The position numbers were made by a program, and so were the translations under genes. Of a DNA stretch of 44,321 nt, positions 27,874 through 36,908 are shown piece after piece. Origin of the DNA: Hyphomicrobiales bacterium (GTDB taxonomy: Bacteria; Pseudomonadota; Alphaproteobacteria; Rhizobiales; BM303); NCBI GenBank assembly GCA_002869085.1, contig PKTQ01000384.1:1-44321 (forward strand). The letters are read 5' to 3'. A model generated the notes under the pieces. That model ran no database searches, was not told the DNA's origin, and saw nothing but the letters and a program-made list of their open reading frames with translations. Position 1 is the first letter of the stretch, and each line of letters opens with the position of its first letter.

Positions 27874-28301
27874 CGCAGCCAAACTTCAGAAGACTTGTAT
27901 CTTTTCTTTTCAAAATCGATTAAGGGCGCGAGGGCTGATCAGGAGCGATCTCGCATTTTACCCTACGGATTTAAACCGTACCGCACGCTGCTGCGGCTGG
28001 CAGTACCCCATATTAGATCGTTATTATCCGCCTGTCCGAACCCGGTGACGTATGGTTTACCCTCTGGGTTTTCCGGTAGAAGTCATGTGAAACTTGATAC
28101 GAAGTTTCATAGCAGACCTCCTTTCATCCCTTTAGCGTGATTGCTAAGGTGCAGGTTATGTAAGAACTTGCCTTCAAAATTCAAACTGAGTTTTTCCAAT
28201 ACCTTTTGTATTTTAGCCTTCTAGGGAAACTTGCTTTAATTTGAGAAATCGGCCGGCAATTTTATTGAATTCGGAATCGAACCGCTGCCAAATTGACAAT
28301 T

Positions 28302-28392
28302 GAGGGTAAAATCGGGGGTGACACTCCTATGACGCAGATATAAATATAGAATAATATCAATCCTTTAAGTGCTAAGCTAGATTCCGCCCCTG
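28302..28392 (+). repeat. left copy of a ~90-nt imperfect direct repeat ending in a tRNA-Phe 3' fragment (TAGATTCCGCCCCTG)
   Basis: Manual alignment with 36909-36998 shows shared blocks GGGTAAAA, GGGGT.ACAC, ATAAATA, ATATCAATC and TAGATTCCGCCCCTG. About 70 percent identity by my hand count. Confidence 0.55.
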
Positions 28393-28796
28393 CTTCGCCT
28401 AAATCTATAACCATATAATTCATTTGATGAAATACAGATATTTATTCTTGACAGGGGGCGGAATCGAACCGGAACGCATTTGAGACCTGTTCATCTTCTC
28501 CGGAACATCCCCTAACTGCTACAAAACCGCCATGTGCTGATCGCCAATGTCACAGATGGTGGAGTGATGGTCTGGTGTTGCGCCCGGTCGGACAGAGGGC
28601 CCTGACCTGGAATGGACACGCATCTCATAATGATTGCCGATGATTCCACTTCAGAGAAGATTATAGGTTTGATCCGTTACTTTAGGGCAGCTTATAATTC
28701 AAACTATTCCTATTCCAGAAATCGGTCGCTATAATGCCATTTTTTCAGAAATACCTCTGAAAATTGATTGCATTCATTCTCGGATTCTAAAACCTC

Positions 28797-30065
28797 ATGG
28801 CCAGACAGATTTATCGACAGGCTGCGCTTGACAGGTTGGCATCGCCCGAACAGCTGGACCGACCTCACACATTGGTCTCACCGCGCAACTGGCTGGCGCT
28901 GATTTTTCTGGCGGGAACAGTATTTCTACTTGCATACGGAGCCTTGGTTTCGTTCGCACCGGTCAAGGTGCCGGCCCGGGGCATGGTGCTGCAGACAGGC
29001 GGTCTGCTCGAGATCATCGCCAACAAGTCGGGCCGGATCGACAAGCTGACAATCAGCCCCGGTGATGAAGTCCGCCCAGGCATGGTGATCGCGGGGTTTA
29101 AACGCAGCACCATCATCAGGGAAATCAAGCTCGTCAAGGCGGAACTGTCGGACACAGAGGGCCGGCTGGCGTCGCTGGTCGAGTATTACAGCCTGCAGCG
29201 GAAAAACGAGACCGCCAATGAAACCGACCGGTTGGCGGGTTTACAGGAAACGGAACGGCTGCTCAAACGCCGGCGGAACCTGCTCGGAGAACGTCTCAAG
29301 GGGGTCAGGGAACTGGTGAAACGTAAGGTTGCCATTCCCACCAAGCTGATCAATGCTGAGCTTGAACTCACCGATGTTCATGAAAAACTGTCCAGGCTGA
29401 AAAACGAGGCCAATCATCTTCGGACCGATGCCCTCAAGCGCAAAAGGCGCCGGGATCTGGCCCTGCTTGATGAGAAATTGAAGATCGACAAGCTAAAACG
29501 ACAGATCACCCGCCTGGAAAAACAACTGGAGGATGACCAGACGGTCACCAGCCCCCATGCCGGCAGGGTGATTGAAATCAAGATGAAACAGGGCGATGTG
29601 ATTGACAAGGGCATGCCGCTGGCTCTGCTGGCGCCGCTGGCGGATGAAAAGAATCCGGATATCGCCGTGCTTTATGTGTCCACGGCCGACGGCAAAAGGG
29701 TCAAGCCGGGTATGGATGTCGAAATCGTGCCCAGCCTGTATCGCAAGTCGCAATATGGCTTCATCAGGGGCAAAGTCATTTATGTCTCCACGGTCCCCAC
29801 CACCTTGCAGGGCATGCGCAGTGTTCTTCGCAACGAACAGTTGGCCAAGGAGCTGGCCGGGGGGGGCAGTCCTTTCGAGGTCAGGGTGCGGTTTGAGCGA
29901 GATCCAGCCAGCCCCAGCGGGCTGCGCTGGTCATCATCGGATGGCCCTGCATCAGCCATTCACCCCGGCACGCTGCTCGAAGCTTCGATCGTGGTCGAAA
30001 GACTGCCGATAGCCGATATCGTCATCCCCGGCCTGGCGGGCAGATTGGGGCTGCCGGAGCGATGA
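28797..30065 (+). CDS. HlyD-family membrane fusion protein, NHLP/NHLM-bacteriocin-system type
   Basis: N-terminus IYRQAALDRLASPEQLDRPHTLVSPRNWLALIFLAG is typical of bacteriocin-export HlyD proteins. Long coiled coil, then a beta-barrel C-terminus. Overlaps the next gene by 4 nt. Confidence 0.9.
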   Translation: MARQIYRQAALDRLASPEQLDRPHTLVSPRNWLALIFLAGTVFLLAYGALVSFAPVKVPARGMVLQTGGLLEIIANKSGRIDKLTISPGDEVRPGMVIAGFKRSTIIREIKLVKAELSDTEGRLASLVEYYSLQRKNETANETDRLAGLQETERLLKRRRNLLGERLKGVRELVKRKVAIPTKLINAELELTDVHEKLSRLKNEANHLRTDALKRKRRRDLALLDEKLKIDKLKRQITRLEKQLEDDQTVTSPHAGRVIEIKMKQGDVIDKGMPLALLAPLADEKNPDIAVLYVSTADGKRVKPGMDVEIVPSLYRKSQYGFIRGKVIYVSTVPTTLQGMRSVLRNEQLAKELAGGGSPFEVRVRFERDPASPSGLRWSSSDGPASAIHPGTLLEASIVVERLPIADIVIPGLAGRLGLPER

Positions 30066-32227
30066 GCACGATGGTGGCAGCCGGCCGCTTCCAGCACCGG
30101 ATTCGGCGAACGCCGACGGTTTTGCAGCTTGAGGCCGCCGAATGCGGCGCAGCGGCTCTGGCCATGGTGCTGGCTGCTCACGGGCGCTATATCGCGCTTG
30201 AGAATCTGCGCATAGAGTGCGGGATTTCCAGAGACGGCTCGAAAGCCTCGAGCATCGTCAAGGCGGCCCGAAGCCATGGCCTTGAGGCCAAGGGCATGAA
30301 AGCCGAACCCGAACACCTGAAGGACCTGCCCCTGCCGGCCATTGCCTTTGTTGATTTTTGCCATTTTCTGGTGGTTGAAGGTTATGGGCCAAGGCATGTC
30401 TTCCTCAATGATCCGGCAGGCGGGCGGCGCAAAGTGACCCACGAGGCGTTCGACGCCATGTTCACGGGTGTGATCTTGACATTCACGCCAACGGAGCGGT
30501 TCGAAAAATCGGACCAGCGGCCGAACCTGAAAGCTGCCCTTTTCGCCCGAACGAAAGGTTTGCGGCTGGGCATTGCCTTTGTGTTTCTCACCAGTCTGGC
30601 ACTCGTCATCCCGGGAATTGTCATCCCGATTTTTTCAAGGGTGTTTGTCGACCAGATTCTGGTCCGGGGCTATGGCGACTGGCTGCTCCCTTTGCTGGCC
30701 GGCATGCTGATCACGTCGCTGCTGCGGCTGGGCCTGTCGGAGATGCAAAGAGCCCAATTGATCCAGGCCAGAACCAGATTGGCGGTCAGGGAAACCAAGG
30801 CCCTGTTCCAGCATATCCTGAAACTGCCCATTGCCTATTTCGGCACGCGATATGCGGGTGAAGTGGCCGGCCGGCTGGGCCTGAGCGGCAATCTGGCCTC
30901 GCTGCTGACGGGAGACATTGCGTCCATGGCGCTCAGCCTGATCACGGCGACTTTCTTTCTGGTGCTGATGTTCGCCTATAGCGCCACGATCACCATGGTC
31001 ATCCTCGGCTTCACCCTGCTGAACATATTGGTGGTGATCCTGACCACGCGCATCGCCTCGGAAGGGTATCGCAAGCTCTCGATTGAAGGCGGCAAGCTGA
31101 GCGGCATTGGCATGGCTGGTCTGAAGGATATCGAAACCTACAAGGCCGCCGGGGCTGAAGATGCGTTCTTCGCCCGCTGGGCCGGATTGAATGCCCAGAT
31201 CGTGACTCTCAGGCAGGCTCTGAGGAACAGATTGCTACCGGTCGCGACCATTCCAAGTCTGCTGCAGACCTGGACCGCCGCGACGATTCTGATCCTCGGC
31301 GGTTATGAGGTGATGAACGGCCAAATGACTATCGGCACGCTGGTGGCATTTCAATCTCTGGGTGCCAGTTTCATCGGCCCGGTGATCACGCTGACGGGCC
31401 TGGTGTCCACATTTCAGGAGGTGCGGTCCCTGACAGAGCGTATGGAGGATGTGCTGCGCCATCCCGTCGATCCGGTTTTCGAGACGGACACCGGCACTGT
31501 TGATCGGCTCCCGGTCGGCGAGTTGAGATTGAATCAGGTCTCTTTCGGCTATCTGCCCCTGGAGATGCCGCTGATCGACAAGCTAGACATCAACGTCAAG
31601 GCCGGCGGCCGGATTGCCCTGATCGGAGCATCGGGATCCGGAAAATCGACTGTCGGGCGCCTGATGGCCGGTCTGCTGCCACCGGGTGCAGGGCAGGTAC
31701 TGATCGACGGGCGACCGGCGACTGAGTGGCCACGGCCGGCACTAGCAAGTCGTCTGTCCTATGTCGATCAGGAGATTGTGCTGTTCGAAGGCAGCATCCG
31801 TGACAATCTGACCATGTGGGACACCACCATATCCGAGGCGCAGATGATGGCGGCGGCGAAAGACGCACTGATCCACGATGTGATCTGTTCGCGGCCCGGT
31901 ACCTATGACAGCCAGGTGATTGAGGGCGGTGCCAATTTCTCCGGCGGGCAGCGACAGAGGCTTGAGATTGCCCGGGCACTGGCCACCAACCCCTGCGCAT
32001 TGGTGATGGATGAGGCCACCAGCGCGCTTGATACCATCGCCGAAGCGGAAATCATGGAGAATATCCGGGCCCGCGGCACCACCCTTATCATTATTGCGCA
32101 TCGATTGAGCACCATTCGGGATTGCGACGAGATCATTGTCCTGGACCGGGGGAAGCCGGTCGACCGGGGCACCCATGACGAGTTGCTGGCCAAGGACGGG
32201 CTGTATACAAGCCTGATCGAGGATTGA
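30062..32227 (+). CDS. bacteriocin-export ABC transporter with N-terminal C39 peptidase domain (peptidase/permease/ATPase)
   Basis: C39 motif TVLQLEAAECGAAALAMVLAAHG. Six-helix TMD. GASGSGKST (Walker A), FSGGQRQRLEIARAL (signature), LVMDEATSALD (Walker B). Confidence 0.9.
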   Translation: MSTMVAAGRFQHRIRRTPTVLQLEAAECGAAALAMVLAAHGRYIALENLRIECGISRDGSKASSIVKAARSHGLEAKGMKAEPEHLKDLPLPAIAFVDFCHFLVVEGYGPRHVFLNDPAGGRRKVTHEAFDAMFTGVILTFTPTERFEKSDQRPNLKAALFARTKGLRLGIAFVFLTSLALVIPGIVIPIFSRVFVDQILVRGYGDWLLPLLAGMLITSLLRLGLSEMQRAQLIQARTRLAVRETKALFQHILKLPIAYFGTRYAGEVAGRLGLSGNLASLLTGDIASMALSLITATFFLVLMFAYSATITMVILGFTLLNILVVILTTRIASEGYRKLSIEGGKLSGIGMAGLKDIETYKAAGAEDAFFARWAGLNAQIVTLRQALRNRLLPVATIPSLLQTWTAATILILGGYEVMNGQMTIGTLVAFQSLGASFIGPVITLTGLVSTFQEVRSLTERMEDVLRHPVDPVFETDTGTVDRLPVGELRLNQVSFGYLPLEMPLIDKLDINVKAGGRIALIGASGSGKSTVGRLMAGLLPPGAGQVLIDGRPATEWPRPALASRLSYVDQEIVLFEGSIRDNLTMWDTTISEAQMMAAAKDALIHDVICSRPGTYDSQVIEGGANFSGGQRQRLEIARALATNPCALVMDEATSALDTIAEAEIMENIRARGTTLIIIAHRLSTIRDCDEIIVLDRGKPVDRGTHDELLAKDGLYTSLIED

Positions 32228-32233
32228 GGACCA

Positions 32234-34537
32234 ATGCCGGAGCGTTCGCATCATCAACAGCCCGGTCCGGAAAAAGAATCCGTGGATTCGCCGGGGGCGC
32301 CCGAGCACACCACTGCGCAATCGGAAGAGCTGGCGCGAATCCATCGTTCAAATGCGGATGCGGGGCTGGCGTTCAAACACAGCATCGGCCGGTTGGACAA
32401 TGTGGTGCGCACATCGGGTCAGACCGGTTCCGGTTTTGCCATGAACCCGGCCGCCAGTGCGGTTCTGCAGGTGCTGGAGCAGTATGGATTCGATCCGGCG
32501 GAACGGGATATCGACCTCTATCATTTGCGGCTGGTGAAAGATGTGGGCGAATGCACGCGGCAGCTTGGAGCCCGCCTGCGGCCGATCCTGCTCCCGACCC
32601 GGTGGTGGAAGCAGGACCACGGCCATCTGGTCGGATTTGTGAAAGGCAATGGATCACGGAAACCGGCAGACGGCACCGGTGAAGACGATCAATCGGCCAT
32701 CGCGCTGATCCGTGGGGTGTCGGGTGGGTATATGATACCGGTCCCCGGAAGCGAAAAGGCCATTCCGGTCACCCAGGCCGTGGCCGAAGACATTGAGCCC
32801 GGCGCCCTGGAGATATTGCCTCCGCTGCCTGTCAAGGTGTCGGGGCTCGGCGACATGGCCCGCTTCGTCCTGCCGATGATCCGCAAGGATCTGATATGGA
32901 TCGCCGGCATTGGCGCGTTGCTGGGCTTTATCGGCGCCTTGTTCCCTCTGGCGACGGGGATCATTATCGATACGCTCATTCCCGGTCTGGAGCGCTCTCT
33001 GCTGGCCCAGCTGGGGGTGGCGCTGGCGGTTGTCGCCCTGCTCAATTATTTCCTGACCCTGGCAAAACAGCGCCATATGCTGCGGGCAAACGGGCGTTCC
33101 GGGCTGATTCTGCAATCGGCAATCTGGGATCGCATATTGAAGCTGCCGGCGGGCTTTTTCAGATCCTATTCCTCGGGAGATCTGCGTTCGCGCATGGACG
33201 GCATATCAGCACTGCGCAGCACGGTGATCGACATCGTTCTGTCCACCACCATCACCGCAGTGTTTTCCGTCTTCTACCTCATTCTGCTGCTACAATATGA
33301 CACCAGGCTGGCCCTGGTGGCCATTGCCTATGTCCTCGTTCTGGTGGCGGGCAGCTTCGCCATCGCTCTTTATATGAAGTCCTATTACCGGCGCCAGGCC
33401 GAACTGTCCGGCTGGCTGTCCGGCTATGTGTTCCAGGTGCTGCAGGCGATCATCAAGCTGCGCACGGCGGCCGCCGAAGCGCGGGCCCTGGTCCTGTGGG
33501 CCGACAAATTCGCCGATGCCAATGCCGCTGCCCTCACGACCTTGCGCATATCAGGCCGGTTCGAGGTGATGACGCAGCTCTATGTCTCTGTCGGCATGAT
33601 CAGCCTGTTCGCGGCTGCGTATTATCTGTCCGGCCCGTCACTATCCGCTGGCAGCTTCATTGCCTTTCTGGCGGCATTTGGCGGGTTTCAGTCGGCGTTT
33701 CAGGGCCTCAGCGGCGCCGCCCTCAGCTTCATCGCGGTGCTACCTGAATGGGAACGGGCCAAACCTGTCCTGGACGCAAAGCCTGAAACGAGCAGCAGCC
33801 AAAAAGATCCAGGAGAGCTCACCGGCGCCATTGACATGACAGGGGTCAATTTTGCCTATGAACAGGGCTCACCGGTTCTGAAAGATATCAGCCTGTCAGT
33901 CAGCCCGGGTGAGCATGTCGCTCTGGTCGGGCCGTCCGGTTCCGGCAAGTCGACCATTGTGCGCCTACTGCTCGCCCTGGACACCCCGCAAAGCGGTACG
34001 GTGACCTATAACAATCAGGACCTGCGCAGCCTGGATCTGACCCTGGTGCGCCGGCAGATCGGCGTGGTGACGCAAAACGGAAAACTGTCGGCCGGAACCA
34101 TACTGGACAATGTGCGTGGCGCCACAGCGATCAGCTATGAGGATTGTCTTGGGGCCTGCGTTGCCGCGGGTCTTGAGGAAGACCTGAAGACCTTTCCCAT
34201 GGGCATTCACACACCCTTGACCGAAGGGGCCACCACCCTGTCAGGCGGCCAGCGCCAGCGCCTGCTGATTGCCAGGGCCTTGGTCAACAAACCCAAAATC
34301 CTGCTTTTCGACGAGGCGACCAGTGCCCTGGACAACCGGACTCAGGCCATTGTCACGCAAAGCCTGGAACGACTGCAGGTGACGCGGATTGTCATCGCAC
34401 ACCGGCTGTCGACCATTGCCAATGCGGACCGGATCTACGTGCTGGATGCGGGTAAAATTGTCGAGGAGGGTTCCTATGATGACCTGCAGAACAATGATGG
34501 GCTGTTTTCCAGCCTGGCACGACGACAGAAGCTATGA
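32234..34537 (+). CDS. second bacteriocin-export ABC transporter (permease/ATPase) with degenerate non-catalytic N-terminal domain
   Basis: GPSGSGKST, LSGGQRQRLLIARAL, LLFDEATSALD. The N-terminal ~170 aa lack the C39 Cys motif. Confidence 0.9.
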   Translation: MPERSHHQQPGPEKESVDSPGAPEHTTAQSEELARIHRSNADAGLAFKHSIGRLDNVVRTSGQTGSGFAMNPAASAVLQVLEQYGFDPAERDIDLYHLRLVKDVGECTRQLGARLRPILLPTRWWKQDHGHLVGFVKGNGSRKPADGTGEDDQSAIALIRGVSGGYMIPVPGSEKAIPVTQAVAEDIEPGALEILPPLPVKVSGLGDMARFVLPMIRKDLIWIAGIGALLGFIGALFPLATGIIIDTLIPGLERSLLAQLGVALAVVALLNYFLTLAKQRHMLRANGRSGLILQSAIWDRILKLPAGFFRSYSSGDLRSRMDGISALRSTVIDIVLSTTITAVFSVFYLILLLQYDTRLALVAIAYVLVLVAGSFAIALYMKSYYRRQAELSGWLSGYVFQVLQAIIKLRTAAAEARALVLWADKFADANAAALTTLRISGRFEVMTQLYVSVGMISLFAAAYYLSGPSLSAGSFIAFLAAFGGFQSAFQGLSGAALSFIAVLPEWERAKPVLDAKPETSSSQKDPGELTGAIDMTGVNFAYEQGSPVLKDISLSVSPGEHVALVGPSGSGKSTIVRLLLALDTPQSGTVTYNNQDLRSLDLTLVRRQIGVVTQNGKLSAGTILDNVRGATAISYEDCLGACVAAGLEEDLKTFPMGIHTPLTEGATTLSGGQRQRLLIARALVNKPKILLFDEATSALDNRTQAIVTQSLERLQVTRIVIAHRLSTIANADRIYVLDAGKIVEEGSYDDLQNNDGLFSSLARRQKL

Positions 34538-34560
34538 GACCGCTGTGAAGCGATAGGAGA

Positions 34561-35118
34561 ATGAACGGCATGAGAAAAGCGCTCTACATTCTGGGAGATC
34601 TTAGCGAAGCGGACATCTCCTGGCTGGCCGGTGCGGGAGAGGCGGCCAGGCTGGAGGCCGGACGGACACTGATCCGGATCGGCGAAGCGGTACAGGGGCT
34701 GTGTATCATTCTTGAAGGCAAGCTTGCCGTGCTGGTCGAGGATGGCCGGCAGATCGCCACTTTGGGTGCCGGCGACATTGTCGGGGAAATGTCGCTGATC
34801 GAAAAACGTCCACCCGAAGTTTCCATCACGGTGGTGGAATCGGCCCGAATTCTTTTGATTCCCATGTCGCGCCTGCGTGAGAAGCTGGAAACCGATGTGG
34901 CCTTCGCGGCAAGGTTCTATCGGGCTCTGGCGGTGTTTCTGTCCGATCGATTGCGGGAGACCACCTCAAGAATTGCCGGTGATGCCAGCCTGGTTCAAAA
35001 ACAGAGCTGGGGCGCGGAGGTGGATCTGGAGCTGGATGAGGGGATTCTCGACAATCTGCATGTGGCCGGCGACCGGATGCGCCGCCTCCTGGCCCTGCTG
35101 GAACATTCCGGGAGATAA
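34561..35118 (+). CDS. cyclic-nucleotide-binding domain protein (no obvious HTH)
   Basis: LGAGDIVGEMSLIEKRPPEVSITVVESARILLI is the cNMP-binding phosphate-binding-cassette pattern. The start may be ATG 34570, which has better spacing from AGGAG. Confidence 0.8.
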   Translation: MNGMRKALYILGDLSEADISWLAGAGEAARLEAGRTLIRIGEAVQGLCIILEGKLAVLVEDGRQIATLGAGDIVGEMSLIEKRPPEVSITVVESARILLIPMSRLREKLETDVAFAARFYRALAVFLSDRLRETTSRIAGDASLVQKQSWGAEVDLELDEGILDNLHVAGDRMRRLLALLEHSGR

Positions 35119-35284
35119 CCATTGTCCCACGCCGAGCGGCCGCACGCTGTCATCGGTGTGTGTGATCGACCATTTTGTAATTTATAGTTATTCCTAGTAA
35201 GGTTTACGCAATGGCATTCAGATAAAAGTTTGAATTCAGGGAGGATTCTGGACAGTAACAACCACGCAAAACAAGATGAGACCG

Positions 35285-35311
35285 GCATGACATGCCCTGT
35301 GACAGTGTCCG
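35285..35311 (+). promoter_or_regulatory. copy 1 of a ~27-nt direct repeat upstream of precursor gene 1 (contains palindrome GGCATGACATGCC and TGTGA)
   Basis: GCATGACATGCCCTGTGACAGTGTCCG, compared with GCATGACATGAGGCCATGACAGCGTCCG at 35414-35441. Confidence 0.35.
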
Positions 35312-35413
35312 GTGCAGCATGCGAGCGTGCCGGATCTGGTAAAATGAATACAAAATGAACGCGCTCAGAAGATGTCATTCAGATTGATCGAGCTAGTGTT
35401 CGTCCATCGCGGC

Positions 35414-35441
35414 GCATGACATGAGGCCATGACAGCGTCCG
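35414..35441 (+). promoter_or_regulatory. copy 2 of the direct repeat upstream of precursor gene 1
   Basis: Shares GCATGACATG and TGACAG(T/C)GTCCG with copy 1. Lies ~55 nt upstream of ATG 35496. Confidence 0.35.
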
Positions 35442-35495
35442 AAGATCAACAACCAACGCGCCGTGCAACAGCAAAGGCTTTTCAAGGAGAGGCAT

Positions 35496-35846
35496 ATGAC
35501 CAATAAAGACAGCAAACCGGAAAACGATGAGATTCCTGCAGCCATTGCCCTTGATGACGATGAGCTCGATCAGGTCCAGGGCGCTGGAGGCCTGGCAGGC
35601 CTAGCCGGGGCCATCGCCAATGATCCGGGAGGTTTTGCCGGCAATCTCGCGGGTGCGGTGACCAAAGGGGCCGGTAAATTCGCCGAGAATACAGGTGAAC
35701 ATGCGGCCAAGGGATTGCAGGAAAGCGGTCAGGAGAAAGCCGGAGAACTCGCCGACAAAGCGGGAGGTCTCGCTCAGAAAGCCTGGGAAAACACCCCGGC
35801 CGGCTGGCTGCTGAGCGGCGGCGAGGAAGATGGCGAACAAGACTAG
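35496..35846 (+). CDS. double-glycine-leader secreted peptide precursor 1 (116 aa; Gly/Ala-rich acidic core)
   Basis: RBS AAGGAGAGG. Leader MTNKDSKPENDEIPAAIALDDDELDQVQGA/GG, then GLAGLAGAIANDPGGFAGNLAGAV... Confidence 0.75.
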   Translation: MTNKDSKPENDEIPAAIALDDDELDQVQGAGGLAGLAGAIANDPGGFAGNLAGAVTKGAGKFAENTGEHAAKGLQESGQEKAGELADKAGGLAQKAWENTPAGWLLSGGEEDGEQD

Positions 35847-35916
35847 CACCGAGCTCATGGCGCAACAGCCCCAAGCCCAGGCATAGACGTTTTGCTTCAT
35901 CAAAAGGAGAGAATTC

Positions 35917-36219
35917 ATGACCAATAAGAACGAAAAACCGGCGGATCATCAGGCGGCCGCACAGGCCCTCAATGACGAAGAGCTCGATCAGGTGCAGGGC
36001 GGGGCCCCGCTGGCGTACCCGGATGTGGGTACCTCGTCATCGGGCGGCGGCAAGAAGGTCAAGACCAGCAGTGTGAAGGATAGCTCTTCCTCCGGCGATG
36101 AAGGTGGGTCGAAGGGCCTTGTGAGCAACAAAACTGAATCGACATCCCATGCCTCCTTTAGCAACGATGTCAAAGTTGAAGGTGATGGATTCCTGGATAT
36201 GACCCAAAATGGCGACTAG
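35917..36219 (+). CDS. double-glycine-leader secreted peptide precursor 2 (100 aa; Ser/Gly-rich core)
   Basis: RBS AAGGAGAG. Leader MTNKNEKPADHQAAAQALNDEELDQVQGG, then APLAYPDVGTSSSGGGKKVKTSS... Confidence 0.75.
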   Translation: MTNKNEKPADHQAAAQALNDEELDQVQGGAPLAYPDVGTSSSGGGKKVKTSSVKDSSSSGDEGGSKGLVSNKTESTSHASFSNDVKVEGDGFLDMTQNGD

Positions 36220-36414
36220 ATCTGCCCCTCCTCTAGTGAGGCCACTTGAAGCTGGATTGATCTGAAGCGGCCTCATGTTCAAGTGAACGCTGATAAGCCG
36301 CTCAACCCGGACATGTGTCTGGACCGGACATGAATGTGATCGGATTCCGGCCATGTTCAGCCCGCAGAAGCAAGGAGGGCAGCCCCTGAAACAGAATATA
36401 AGGGGTGGTGTAGG

Positions 36415-36549
36415 ATGAGCGGAACAGACAAAGACAGGCAGGACAACCTCCCACCCAGGGTCACTGAGCTGAAGGAGGATGAGCTGGATCAGATCCATGG
36501 CGGCGGCTATGCGCTGAGCAAGGCCACCACGACCGGATCAACAGGCTGA
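36415..36549 (+). CDS. double-glycine-leader peptide precursor 3 (44 aa; 14-aa core), not in the supplied ORF track
   Basis: Hand translation gives MSGTDKDRQDNLPPRVTELKEDELDQIHGG-GYALSKATTTGSTG*. It shares the EDELDQ(V/I)xGG leader with precursors 1 and 2. A purine-rich AAGGGGTGG lies upstream. Confidence 0.6.
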   Translation: MSGTDKDRQDNLPPRVTELKEDELDQIHGGGYALSKATTTGSTG

Positions 36550-36908
36550 ACGATGTTCTATCACGTGAGGCAAGTCTTCCCTCCTACGCGGCCAGTGCCT
36601 ATGGCACACCAATGAAGTTACGCTCAATATCCATACGGACGATATGATTCATGGGGTGCTGTTACGTGGGCCAGGAACCGAATAGGGTCAACAGCTGCCC
36701 ATCGGGCGCACATTGAAATTGTCTGTTTCCGGGGTCAAAGCGGAAAGTCCGTATCGCACAGATGAATCAGAAGTGGGCCATAACGGATGGCTTTTTCATT
36801 CAGGAAGGGGCTCCTCTGGCTGCCTATTGTTGTTCTATGCCCTATCATGATACAGCATATTCTTAAATGGTTGTATTCATTTATAAATACACGAGAAACT
36901 AGAAAATA

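Noticed and set aside
28449-28540. Possible minus-strand tRNA, suggested by a GGTTCGATTCCGCC-like T-loop
   Set aside because: The would-be T stem (TCCGG/CCGCC) and acceptor stem cannot pair, and no anticodon arm could be folded. It is a tRNA 3' fragment only.
28865-34210. Numerous long antisense or alternative-frame ORFs across the HlyD and ABC genes (for example 29960..30442, 31742..32344, 32654..33115, 32224..32682)
   Set aside because: These are typical GC-rich shadow ORFs with Arg/Pro/Gly-rich products. The annotated frames contain the full transporter motifs.
35482-36498. Minus-strand ORFs 35482..35949, 35601..35924 and 36037..36498 overlapping the precursor genes
   Set aside because: They are antisense to ORFs that have strong RBSs and a shared GG-leader motif. 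Their own products are Arg/Pro-rich, as shadow frames usually are.
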